From Erysipelotrichaceae bacterium (GTDB taxonomy: Bacteria; Bacillota_I; Bacilli_A; Erysipelotrichales; Erysipelotrichaceae): 38,587 nt of DNA. The translations under genes were made by a program, and so were the position numbers. The notes beneath the pieces are model-generated. The model ran no database searches and was not told where the DNA came from. It saw only the letters and a list, made by a program, of their open reading frames with translations. Below are positions 8,768-16,693 of this stretch, in pieces (position 1 is the first letter of the stretch; every line of letters starts with the position of its first letter). Where the stretch lies: NCBI GenBank assembly GCA_044432885.1, contig JAWXUG010000002.1, positions 1-38,587 on the forward strand, given 5' to 3'.

Positions 8768-10344
8768 AATATGTTACACAAAATTATGAATATATTATTT
8801 CTCTTTTTGTTAATCACCTACAGCTAACAATCCTATCAGTTACTTTAGCAGTATTAATTGGTGTTCCATTTGGCATAATTATTTCCTCAAAAAAATCACT
8901 TCAAAAACCAATAATGGGAATTGCGAATATCATTCAAGCAATACCAAGTTTAGCATTACTAGGTATTTTAATTCCTTATTTAGGGATAGCTGCTCCAACC
9001 GCAATATTTATGGTAGTATTATATTCCTTATTGCCAATACTAAAAAATACAAGCACGAGTTTGTCTAATATTAGTCCTGATATCATAGAGTCTGCAAAAG
9101 GGATAGGAATGACTAAAAGACAAATCTTATTTAAGGTGAAAATACCTTTGGCGTTACCTATAATTATGGCGGGTATTAGAATATCAAGTGTTACCTCTGT
9201 TGGTTTAATGACAATTGCAGCTTATATTGGTGCAGGTGGATTAGGGACATTGGTATTAAGCGGAATTCAAACAGATAATGCAGCAATGATACTTTCAGGG
9301 GCGATACCTGCTTGTTTATTGGCACTAGCGATAGACTTTATAACAGGTATGTTAGAAAAATATTTAACTCCTATTGCGTTAAGACTTAACAATGATGTAA
9401 GTGAAGCGCAAGTGTTAAAATCAAAAAAGAGAAGAAAACAGATTATAATCGTTACAGCTTTAGCTTTAGCAATGGCGATGGGAGCAATCGTATATTCTAA
9501 TTATTCCAAAGATTATGATATAACTGTTGGTTCTAAAGAAGCGGTTGAAGGCAATATTATGGGAAATATAATAGCTGATATTATTGAAGCCAAAACAGAT
9601 TTAAAAGTTGAAAGAAAAATGGGCCTTGGGGGGACTATGATAGCTTATACTGCTATTGTAGAAGGTGAAGTTGATATATATCCTGAATATAGTGGTACTG
9701 CTTATACAGCAATTCTTGGTAAAACGATTGAACCGGGCTTTTCTACAGATGAATTCAATCAAGAATTAATAGATGGTTTAGCTGAACAAGGGTGTACTGT
9801 ATCAGATTTCTTTGGTTTTAATAATACCTACATCATTGCCACTACCCAAGAATTCGCACAACAATACGGATTAGAGAAAATATCCGATTTACAGCAATAC
9901 AATGGGGAGTTTAAGTTGGGAGGGTCTATCGAATTTGCGGTAAGAGACGATGGATTACCTGGATTATCAAGAACTTATGATTTGAGTTTTAAATCAACAC
10001 ATAGTTTTTCGGGAACCTTGATGTACACAGCAATTGACTCGAATGAAGTAGATTTAATTACAGCTTTTTCTACAGATGCATTATTAACTAAATATGATTT
10101 GGTATTCTTAGAAGATGATCAAAACTTCTTTCCACCATATGATATGTTCCCATTAGTTAATACAGAAACACTAGAAAAATATCCAGAAGTGAAAGATGCG
10201 CTAGCATTACTTGGTGGGTTGATTGATGATGAAACAATGCAATATTTAAATAATCAAGCGGTTGAATTTGGAAAGAGTCCTGCAGTTATCGCAAGAGAGT
10301 TCTTAATTGAAGAAGGATTAGTAACAACAGAAGATTTTGAATAA
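8761..10344 (+). CDS. fused ABC permease plus substrate-binding domain of an OpuC/BusAB-type compatible-solute or quaternary-amine importer
   Basis: The N-terminal roughly 210 aa is a BPD-type permease (EAA-like SAKGIGMTKRQILFKVKIPLA). After a TM anchor comes an OpuBC/OpuCC-like binding domain (DIYPEYSGTAY..., FFPPYD). It overlaps the ATPase gene by 7 nt. Confidence 0.8.
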   Translation: MLEYVTQNYEYIISLFVNHLQLTILSVTLAVLIGVPFGIIISSKKSLQKPIMGIANIIQAIPSLALLGILIPYLGIAAPTAIFMVVLYSLLPILKNTSTSLSNISPDIIESAKGIGMTKRQILFKVKIPLALPIIMAGIRISSVTSVGLMTIAAYIGAGGLGTLVLSGIQTDNAAMILSGAIPACLLALAIDFITGMLEKYLTPIALRLNNDVSEAQVLKSKKRRKQIIIVTALALAMAMGAIVYSNYSKDYDITVGSKEAVEGNIMGNIIADIIEAKTDLKVERKMGLGGTMIAYTAIVEGEVDIYPEYSGTAYTAILGKTIEPGFSTDEFNQELIDGLAEQGCTVSDFFGFNNTYIIATTQEFAQQYGLEKISDLQQYNGEFKLGGSIEFAVRDDGLPGLSRTYDLSFKSTHSFSGTLMYTAIDSNEVDLITAFSTDALLTKYDLVFLEDDQNFFPPYDMFPLVNTETLEKYPEVKDALALLGGLIDDETMQYLNNQAVEFGKSPAVIAREFLIEEGLVTTEDFE

Positions 10345-10436
10345 CAGCTAATATTAAATATTTAATCAAAAGAAAAATGATACTCAAGACATAAAAGTAG
10401 CCGTTGTTTAGTATGTTAAAAAATTATCAAAAACTC

Positions 10437-10465
10437 TAGACAAATGTGTTTATAAGTTTTATAAT
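10437..10465 (+). promoter_or_regulatory. sigma-A-type promoter for the lipoprotein reductase gene
   Basis: TAGACA (10437-10442), a 17-nt spacer, then TATAAT (10460-10465). Confidence 0.5.
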
Positions 10466-10470
10466 ACCAC

Positions 10471-10485
10471 TAGACGACTAGTCTA
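10471..10485. promoter_or_regulatory. palindromic operator candidate, TAGAC-N5-GTCTA
   Basis: TAGACgactaGTCTA lies 5 nt downstream of the -10 hexamer. A third TAGAC copy forms the -35. It is a candidate site for the TetR encoded downstream. Confidence 0.35.
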
Positions 10486-10499
10486 CTAAGGAGAGAGAA

Positions 10500-12257
10500 A
10501 TGAAAAAATTATTAGTTTTGATTCTGTCTTTATGTCTTGTAGCAGGATGTGCTACTACAGAAAGTACTGAATCAACAGGTATGAGTGCAGGGACTTACAC
10601 AGCTACTGCAACAGGCTACCATGGTGATATCACAATTGATGTTACTGTAAGTGATACAGCTATCGAGGAAATCGTAGTTGTAGAAGAAAGTGAAACAGAA
10701 GGAATTGGGGCTGCCGCATTACCATTATTGGTTGAAGCTGCAGTAACAGGGCAAAATGCTACACCTGATGCAATATCAGGGGCAACAATCACTTCAGTTG
10801 CATTTAATGAAGCATTAACAGATGCTTTAACTCAAGCTGGGGCAGATTTAACAGATTTTGAAGGAACAGCAACAGACACAGCAAAAGAACAAATCGAAGA
10901 AACTTATGACGTTGTAGTTGTAGGAGCTGGTTTAGCTGGATTATCTTCAGCATTAGTTGCTGCACAATCAGGTAAAAGTGTGGTGGTACTTGAAAAAATG
11001 GGTGTAATTGGTGGTGCATCAGCAATGGCAGGTGGCGGAACAATCGCTACAGGAAGCCAATGGGCAATTGAAGATGGATCTACAGAAACTGCAGAAGAAT
11101 TAGTTGACTATTTATTAGAAAATGGTCATTATAACAATCATGTAGAAACAGTAGAGCTTTATGCAAATACAGTAGGGGAAGCATTTGACTGGTTTGTTTC
11201 TGAAGATGGAGCAAATGTTCCTTATACAAGAAGTTTATCAACAAGAAACTATTCTGTTGATGGGAGAGGAACTGCAGCTGTTTCAAGTGTTGCAGCATCT
11301 CTTGAAAATTTAGGCATTGAAATTTTAACAAGCACACCAGCAACAGAGCTTATTATTGAGGATGGTGTTGTGACAGGTGTTATCGCAGAAGGAACTACAG
11401 CTGATTATACATTGAATGCAACTTCTGTTGTATTAGCAACTGGTGGTTATGGAAACAATGATGAATTGGTAGATGAACAATATTTAAATTATGTATATGC
11501 AGGAGCACCTGGTGCTGATGGAGATGCATTAATTATGGTTGAATCTTTAAATGCTGATTTAATCAACACTGAATTTGTAAATACTCAACCAAACAGTATG
11601 GTATTACCAAGTGGTTTAGGACAATATACAAATCCTGGTGTAAATAAAGCTTATGCAACAAGTGGTGCTTATATTGTGAATCAAGATGGAGTAAGATTTG
11701 CTAATGAAGTAGGCGATTCTTGGGATCTAATTCAAGCAATGGCTGAAAATACAACAAACTACATAATCATGGATCAAGCTTCATTCGATGCATTTAATGA
11801 AGCAATGATTGCTTCAAATATTTATAGTGAAGATGATGTAACTACATGGTTAGAAAACAATGGAACAAGTCAACCAGTTATGGTAACTGCGGACTCATTC
11901 GCAGAATTAGAAACTACATTATCATTACCAGAAGGCTCGCTAACAGCTTCAGCTACTCAATATAACGAAGATGTTGCAGCAGGTGTTGATGAGTTTGGCC
12001 GTGAAGTGACTTTAGAAATTGAAACTGATGGACCAGTTTATGCACTACAAATGTGGATTAGATACTATGCAACTTTGGGTGGATTACATGTAAATGATGA
12101 TTTCCAAGTGTTAAATACAGATCTTGAAGCAATTGAAGGATTATATGCAGCTGGAGAAGTAATTGGTGGTCTATGCGGAGATATTTATGCAGGTGGATCA
12201 TTATTCTCTTGGGCAATGACAAGTGGATATGGCGCTGGAGTTAGCGTTTCAGAATAA
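10500..12257 (+). CDS. extracytoplasmic lipoprotein flavin reductase: lipobox signal peptide, FMN_bind domain, then FAD-dependent fumarate/urocanate-reductase-like domain
   Basis: The signal peptide MKKLLVLILSLCLVAGC carries the lipobox LVAGC. The FMN_bind flavinylation motif is DAISGATITS. The Rossmann motif is VVVVGAGLAGLSSAL. I estimate roughly half the residues are identical to 5964..7325 across the FAD domain. Confidence 0.85.
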   Translation: MKKLLVLILSLCLVAGCATTESTESTGMSAGTYTATATGYHGDITIDVTVSDTAIEEIVVVEESETEGIGAAALPLLVEAAVTGQNATPDAISGATITSVAFNEALTDALTQAGADLTDFEGTATDTAKEQIEETYDVVVVGAGLAGLSSALVAAQSGKSVVVLEKMGVIGGASAMAGGGTIATGSQWAIEDGSTETAEELVDYLLENGHYNNHVETVELYANTVGEAFDWFVSEDGANVPYTRSLSTRNYSVDGRGTAAVSSVAASLENLGIEILTSTPATELIIEDGVVTGVIAEGTTADYTLNATSVVLATGGYGNNDELVDEQYLNYVYAGAPGADGDALIMVESLNADLINTEFVNTQPNSMVLPSGLGQYTNPGVNKAYATSGAYIVNQDGVRFANEVGDSWDLIQAMAENTTNYIIMDQASFDAFNEAMIASNIYSEDDVTTWLENNGTSQPVMVTADSFAELETTLSLPEGSLTASATQYNEDVAAGVDEFGREVTLEIETDGPVYALQMWIRYYATLGGLHVNDDFQVLNTDLEAIEGLYAAGEVIGGLCGDIYAGGSLFSWAMTSGYGAGVSVSE

Positions 12258-12272
12258 AAAACAACTAAAATA

Positions 12273-12312
12273 AGAGTTGCAACGTGAACATCATGTTGCA
12301 ATTCTTTTTTTT
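12273..12312 (+). terminator. rho-independent terminator after the lipoprotein reductase
   Basis: An 11-bp stem, AGAGTTGCAAC/GTTGCAATTCT, with an 11-nt loop, followed by T8. Confidence 0.8.
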
Positions 12313-12328
12313 ATCTTATAATGTGGGT

Positions 12329-12889
12329 ATGAATAAAAAACAATTAATCATAGACGAGGCAATCGGTCTTTTTGCGACAAAAGGATATTACGGAGTAGGC
12401 CTTAGTGAATTATTAAAAAAATGCCATGTACCTAAGGGCAGTTTTTATCATTACTTTCCAAATGGAAAAATCCAACTTATCCAAGAAACTCTACAATCCG
12501 CTTACATATATATGGAAAATCACATTCGAAAGGAATTTTTTGTAGATGATATTTCAAGCTATGTTGGTTTTGAAAGAATGATAGATCACTTGTCGTTAGA
12601 GGTAGGCATTCAGAAAAATTTCGTCTCTTTATTGATGACGATGATTTCCATTGAATCAAGATACATGGATGAGGGTGTCAATAAAACGTGTGCTGAATTA
12701 TATACAAAATGGCAAGAATTGTATACAGATTATTTAAGAAAATATGACTACACAGAGCAAGAATGTATTGAAAAATCACACATAGCCTTTACGATGATTC
12801 ATTGCTCCCTTATTACTTCTTGGATTAAGAATGATGCAGAAGACTTGCAGAAAACAAAAATAATACTAAAAAATTTATTAGAAAAGTAG
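12329..12889 (+). CDS. TetR/AcrR-family transcriptional regulator
   Basis: The HTH is IIDEAIGLFATKGYYGVGLSELLKKCHVPKGSFYHYFPNGK. The start is moved to ATG 12329 because the track start at 12284 lies inside the upstream terminator stem. Confidence 0.85.
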   Translation: MNKKQLIIDEAIGLFATKGYYGVGLSELLKKCHVPKGSFYHYFPNGKIQLIQETLQSAYIYMENHIRKEFFVDDISSYVGFERMIDHLSLEVGIQKNFVSLLMTMISIESRYMDEGVNKTCAELYTKWQELYTDYLRKYDYTEQECIEKSHIAFTMIHCSLITSWIKNDAEDLQKTKIILKNLLEK

Positions 12890-12914
12890 AAATGGGTTTT
12901 AAATCCATTTTTTT
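12890..12914 (+). terminator. rho-independent terminator after tetR
   Basis: AAATGGG-ttttaaa-TCCATTT followed by TTTT. Confidence 0.55.
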
Positions 12915-13054
12915 CGTGCAGTAGGGAAAAGATAGTTAAAATTTAGTAAAAAATAAATATTTTAAGCAATCAATCAAAAATATAAAATGAATTTGCTTAC
13001 ATCATTTACACCCCTTTATTTGAATAAAGGATGTGTAATAATCATAAAGTCATT

Positions 13055-13127
13055 TCACCATATAAGTTTATGAATAAGGCATAAACGTTTCTACATCGAT
13101 ACCGTAAATATCGATACTATGATGATG
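13055..13127 (+). promoter_or_regulatory. purine riboswitch aptamer, guanine/hypoxanthine class
   Basis: P1 is CACCATA/TATGATG with one mismatch. P2 is GTTTATG-AATAAGG-CATAAAC and J2/3 is GTTTCTAC. P3 is ATCGATA-CCGTAAA-TATCGAT and J3/1 is A-C-T. The discriminator is C (C74-equivalent), which indicates guanine rather than adenine. Confidence 0.85.
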
Positions 13128-13178
13128 CTTACAAACAGATCATACTTTTTATTTGGTGAAATAAAAGGGAGGAATCAT

Positions 13179-14496
13179 ATGTTAGAAAAGTTACTTAAAC
13201 TATCAAGCAAGAACACAGATGTAAAAACAGAAATTATGGCAGGGGTAACAACATTCTTAGCAATGGCGTACATTTTAGCGGTAAATCCTGCAATCTTATC
13301 TGAGACCGAATGTCCTTTCAATCTGTATTCTTAGCAACAGCAATTGCTTCAGGGGTAGCTTGTATTATTATGGGAGTATTAGCTAATTATCCGGTAGCAT
13401 TAGCGCCTGGTATGGGTGTAAATGCATTATTTACTTATACTGCATGTTTCACATTAGGGCTATCGTGGCAAGCGGCATTGGCTTCAGTATTTTTTTCAGG
13501 AGTAATATTCTTAATTATTTCTGTAACAGGTGTACGTAAGATGATTATAAACTCTATTCCAAAAAATTTGAAATTATCAATTGGAGCAGGTATCGGATTC
13601 TTTACTGCTTTTATTGGATTTAAAATGCTGGAATTATCGTTGCGGATACAGCAACAGCTGTTGCGCTTGGAAATTTAAAAGATCCTGCCGTTTTATTAGC
13701 GGTTTTCGGATTAATAACAACGATATTTCTATTAACAAAAAAAGTAAATGGTGCAGTATTCTGGGGTCTTGTGACAACTGCAGTGGTTGGAATCGCAATG
13801 GGGATTGTGTTTCCAGGAGTAGGCTTACCAACATTGCCTACATCAATTGTTTCATTTACATTTGATATGCCTACATTAGGCGCTTTTGCTACAGGATTTG
13901 GTGAGTTATTTTCACATCCAGGGGCAATTGTCATTATTTTTTCATTCTTATTTGTTGACTTCTTCGATACAACGGGAACGCTTGTTGCAGTAGGGAATGA
14001 TATTGGACTGGTGAATGAAGAAGGCGAAATGGAAAATGTTGAAAAAGCTTTATTAGCAGATTCAATTGGGACAATCTTTGGAGCAATGCTTGGAACAAGT
14101 ACAGTCACTTCATTTGTTGAATCAGGATCAGGGGTTGCTGCAGGGGGTAGAATAGGCCTTACAGCATGTGTTACTGGAGTATTGTTCTTATTATCAGTAT
14201 TCTTTGCACCAGTACTTGCGGGTGTAACCAATGCAATTACAGCACCAGCTTTGATTGTTGTAGGAATCTTAATGGTTCAACAATTAAAGGATATTGAATG
14301 GGAAAGCCTTGAAGTTGTAAGTGCGATGTTTATCACTCTTATTTCAATGGTATTAACTTATTCTATTTCTGATGGTATCGCATTTGGATTTATCGCTTAT
14401 ACAGTAGCATTTATAGGGGCTGGTAAGACAAAAGAGCTTAAACCAATCGTATTTATTCTTGACTTAATATTTATTGCTTATTTCATTTGTAAATAA
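13179..14496 (+). pseudogene. NCS2/AzgA-family guanine-hypoxanthine permease (PbuG/PbuO-like) disrupted by two single-base deletions
   Basis: Three consecutive frames (13179.., 13310.., then the frame of 13771..14496) read as one permease. The joined text is ...AVNPAILSET|GMSFQSVFLATAIASG...IGFK|NAGIIVADTATAVALGNLKDPAV... The breaks are near 13308 (one G where GG is expected) and 13622-13625 (A4 where A5 is expected). Confidence 0.8.
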
Positions 14497-14507
14497 GTTT
14501 TAGAATG

Positions 14508-14541
14508 AAATCACCTTGCTTGTAAAGTAAGGTGATTTTTT
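14508..14541 (+). terminator. rho-independent terminator after the permease
   Basis: AAATCACCTT-gcttgtaaagt-AAGGTGATTT followed by TTT. Confidence 0.8.
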
Positions 14542-14708
14542 AAATGAACGATGATCTGTGACTAATAAATATTGTATCTTACAATTTTAAACATAATAAA
14601 TTCTCTGCTTGTTTCTTTAACTAGAGAATTTTTTACTTTATTATATGCAGTTAGCTACAAGCAACATTTAATAAATGGCTTTTATGATAAATGTTCGTTG
14701 AAAACCAA

Positions 14709-14737
14709 TTGATGAAAGCGCTTATATTGTGTAAAAT
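14709..14737 (+). promoter_or_regulatory. candidate sigma-A promoter of the hydrogenase operon
   Basis: TTGATG (14709-14714), a 17-nt spacer, then TAAAAT (14732-14737), about 27 nt before the first start codon. Confidence 0.45.
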
Positions 14738-14763
14738 AAAAGTAAGATAATAAGAGGTCTGTG

Positions 14764-15018
14764 ATGGTAATAGAAATATGTGTGGGTAGCTCATGCTACG
14801 TCAAGGGATCAAATGAAATGATATCAATCATTAAAGAACTGTTGAAGGAGAATGGATGGCAAGAACAGGTCACTTTAAAAGGTGCTTTTTGTATGCAAGT
14901 CTGTCAAAACAATGGGATTGGATTGAAAATAAATGGGGAATTCGTTAGGGATGTAGGGATACATAATGCTAAGGAGTTCTTTTTTAATAGAATTAAACAG
15001 GAGGTAGAAGGTGAATAG
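14764..15018 (+). CDS. small thioredoxin-like [2Fe-2S] ferredoxin (HfsA-like, partner of the sensory hydrogenase)
   Basis: The Cys pattern is CVGSSC...CMQVC (Cx4C...Cx3C). An AAGAGG SD lies 6 nt before ATG 14764, and a GTG at 14761 is an alternative start. Confidence 0.7.
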   Translation: MVIEICVGSSCYVKGSNEMISIIKELLKENGWQEQVTLKGAFCMQVCQNNGIGLKINGEFVRDVGIHNAKEFFFNRIKQEVEGE

Positions 15019-16693
15019 AAATTATATTCAACTACAAGATAGTAACTGTCGTAATTGTATGAGATGTGTAAGAGTCTGTCCGACTAAGGCAATGACCTAT
15101 ATAAATCATCAACCAATTATTGCGAAAGATGAATGTATTTTATGTGGACAATGTTATGTAGTCTGTCCGCATCAAGCGAAGAAAATACATAGTGATTTAG
15201 CTAAAATAAAGAAATGGTTAAAAGATGGAGAGAAACTGATCATGAGTATCGCTCCAAGTTTTGCTTCTATTTGGCCAAACTACCCTTTATTAAATAAACA
15301 ATTATTAGCTTTAGGGTTTTATAAAACCGATGAAACTTCTAAAGGAGCTAAGATTGTGAGTGAGTCCTATGGACAATTGCTTAAAGAAAAGAAGATGAAA
15401 AATATTATCACAACTTGTTGTCCTGCGGTAGTGGCGTTGGTAGAAAAAGATTATCCAGAATTAGTGGATCAATTAGCACCTGTTGTCTCTCCTATGGTTG
15501 CTCATGGAAGAACATTGAAAAAGGAAAATCCTGGGTGCAAGGTAGTCTTTCTTTCACCATGTATTGCAAAACAAAAGGAAACACATGATGAACGCTTTGA
15601 AGATGCAATCGATGCAACCATCAGTATGGGTGAATTATATGATTGGCTTAAAAGTGAAGAAAATAATGATGAACATGAAAATTGGAGTCATTTTGATGGA
15701 GATATCTCTCGGATTTATCCAACACCAGGGGGTGTGATTCGAACATTAAGCAAAGAAGAAAGCCCATATGAAATGGTAAGTGTAGAAGGAGTTGAGCGTA
15801 TTAAACGCACCTTTGATGCCATTATCTCTGGACATTTAGAAGGATATTTCTTTGATATGAGTGCGTGTGAAGAATCATGTTTAGGAGGACCATTACTAAG
15901 TAAGTTTAAACATAATCAATGGATTGCCCAAAAGATTATAAGAGAAAATGTAACGGTAGAAAAGATTAAGCCTAAACCAATCGATGATTTGTATCAGACA
16001 GCATGGAAAGATGAAAAAATAGAACGTGAACATTTTGATGAATCACGTATTCAAGATATGTTGTACGTTTTAGGTAAGACCAACAAAACCAAGGAATTAG
16101 ATTGTGGAAGTTGTGGATATGAGACTTGTCGTGAGAAGGCAATTGCAGTACTACAAGGGAAGGCAGATCCTAATCTATGTTTACCGCAAGCATTAGAAAA
16201 TGCCCAGTCATTGTCTAATTTAGTCATAAAAAATACACCTAATGGCATCATTGTTGTAAATAAACAATTAGAAATTCAAGAATTAAACCCAGCCGCAAGT
16301 CACATGTTGACCCTTGATCAAATTCAACCAATAGGCTTACCTATTTTATCAATATTACCCAATCTAAAATTACAAGAGATTTTGGAAAATCCACAGCCAA
16401 TCCAATATTTAAAAGCACGATATCCTCAATATAACTTATATGTGGATCATGCGATTACATATCTAGAAGAAAATGAAGTCTTTATTATCATATTAATGGA
16501 TTTAACGGTAGAGGAAGCAAGAGAAAAGATTATTAAGCAAATGCAAACCAATACGATAGAGGTCGCACAAAGAGTTATTGATGAACAGATGAGAACGGCT
16601 CAGGAAGTTGCAAGTTTACTTGGTGAAAGTACCGCTAAATCAAAGGTGGCATTGAGTAAATTGATGAAGGTTATGCAAGATGAGCACGAATAA
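15011..16693 (+). CDS. hydS: putative sensory [FeFe]-hydrogenase HydS/HfsB (2x[4Fe-4S] ferredoxin, H-cluster domain, 4-Cys FeS domain, PAS)
   Basis: Ferredoxin motifs are CRNCMRCVRVCP and CILCGQCYVVCP. H-domain motifs are TTCCPAV, LSPCIAKQKE and MSACEESCLGGP. The C-terminal motif is CGSCGYETCREKA...C, followed by a PAS-like segment (NGIIVVNKQLEIQELNPAASHML). GTG start with an AGGAGG SD. Confidence 0.8.
   Translation: MNRNYIQLQDSNCRNCMRCVRVCPTKAMTYINHQPIIAKDECILCGQCYVVCPHQAKKIHSDLAKIKKWLKDGEKLIMSIAPSFASIWPNYPLLNKQLLALGFYKTDETSKGAKIVSESYGQLLKEKKMKNIITTCCPAVVALVEKDYPELVDQLAPVVSPMVAHGRTLKKENPGCKVVFLSPCIAKQKETHDERFEDAIDATISMGELYDWLKSEENNDEHENWSHFDGDISRIYPTPGGVIRTLSKEESPYEMVSVEGVERIKRTFDAIISGHLEGYFFDMSACEESCLGGPLLSKFKHNQWIAQKIIRENVTVEKIKPKPIDDLYQTAWKDEKIEREHFDESRIQDMLYVLGKTNKTKELDCGSCGYETCREKAIAVLQGKADPNLCLPQALENAQSLSNLVIKNTPNGIIVVNKQLEIQELNPAASHMLTLDQIQPIGLPILSILPNLKLQEILENPQPIQYLKARYPQYNLYVDHAITYLEENEVFIIILMDLTVEEAREKIIKQMQTNTIEVAQRVIDEQMRTAQEVASLLGESTAKSKVALSKLMKVMQDEHE

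Noticed and set aside
10352-10365. AT-only palindrome ATTAAATATTTAAT after the opu permease gene as a terminator or operator
   Set aside because: A pure A/T palindrome is expected by chance in DNA of about 30 percent GC, it has no following T-run, and its predicted stability is very low.
12284-12328. Track start of the TetR ORF at 12284 (MNIMLQFFFLSYNVG...)
   Set aside because: This extension lies inside the terminator stem and T-run of the upstream gene and encodes a hydrophobic non-TetR peptide. ATG 12329 gives the normal TetR N-terminus.
13300-13630. Programmed ribosomal frameshifting in the purine permease
   Set aside because: Two independent shifts would be needed and there is no slippery heptamer or stimulatory structure. 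The pattern fits simple 1-nt deletions, meaning either a pseudogene or assembly indels.
14574-14586. TTGTA-tct-TACAA as a Rex (NADH/NAD+ sensor) operator for the hydrogenase operon
   Set aside because: Rex boxes known to me are longer, TTGTTAA-N4-TTAACAA-type 18-bp palindromes. This one has the wrong spacing and sits about 130 nt upstream of the candidate promoter. I kept it only as part of a low-interest observation.
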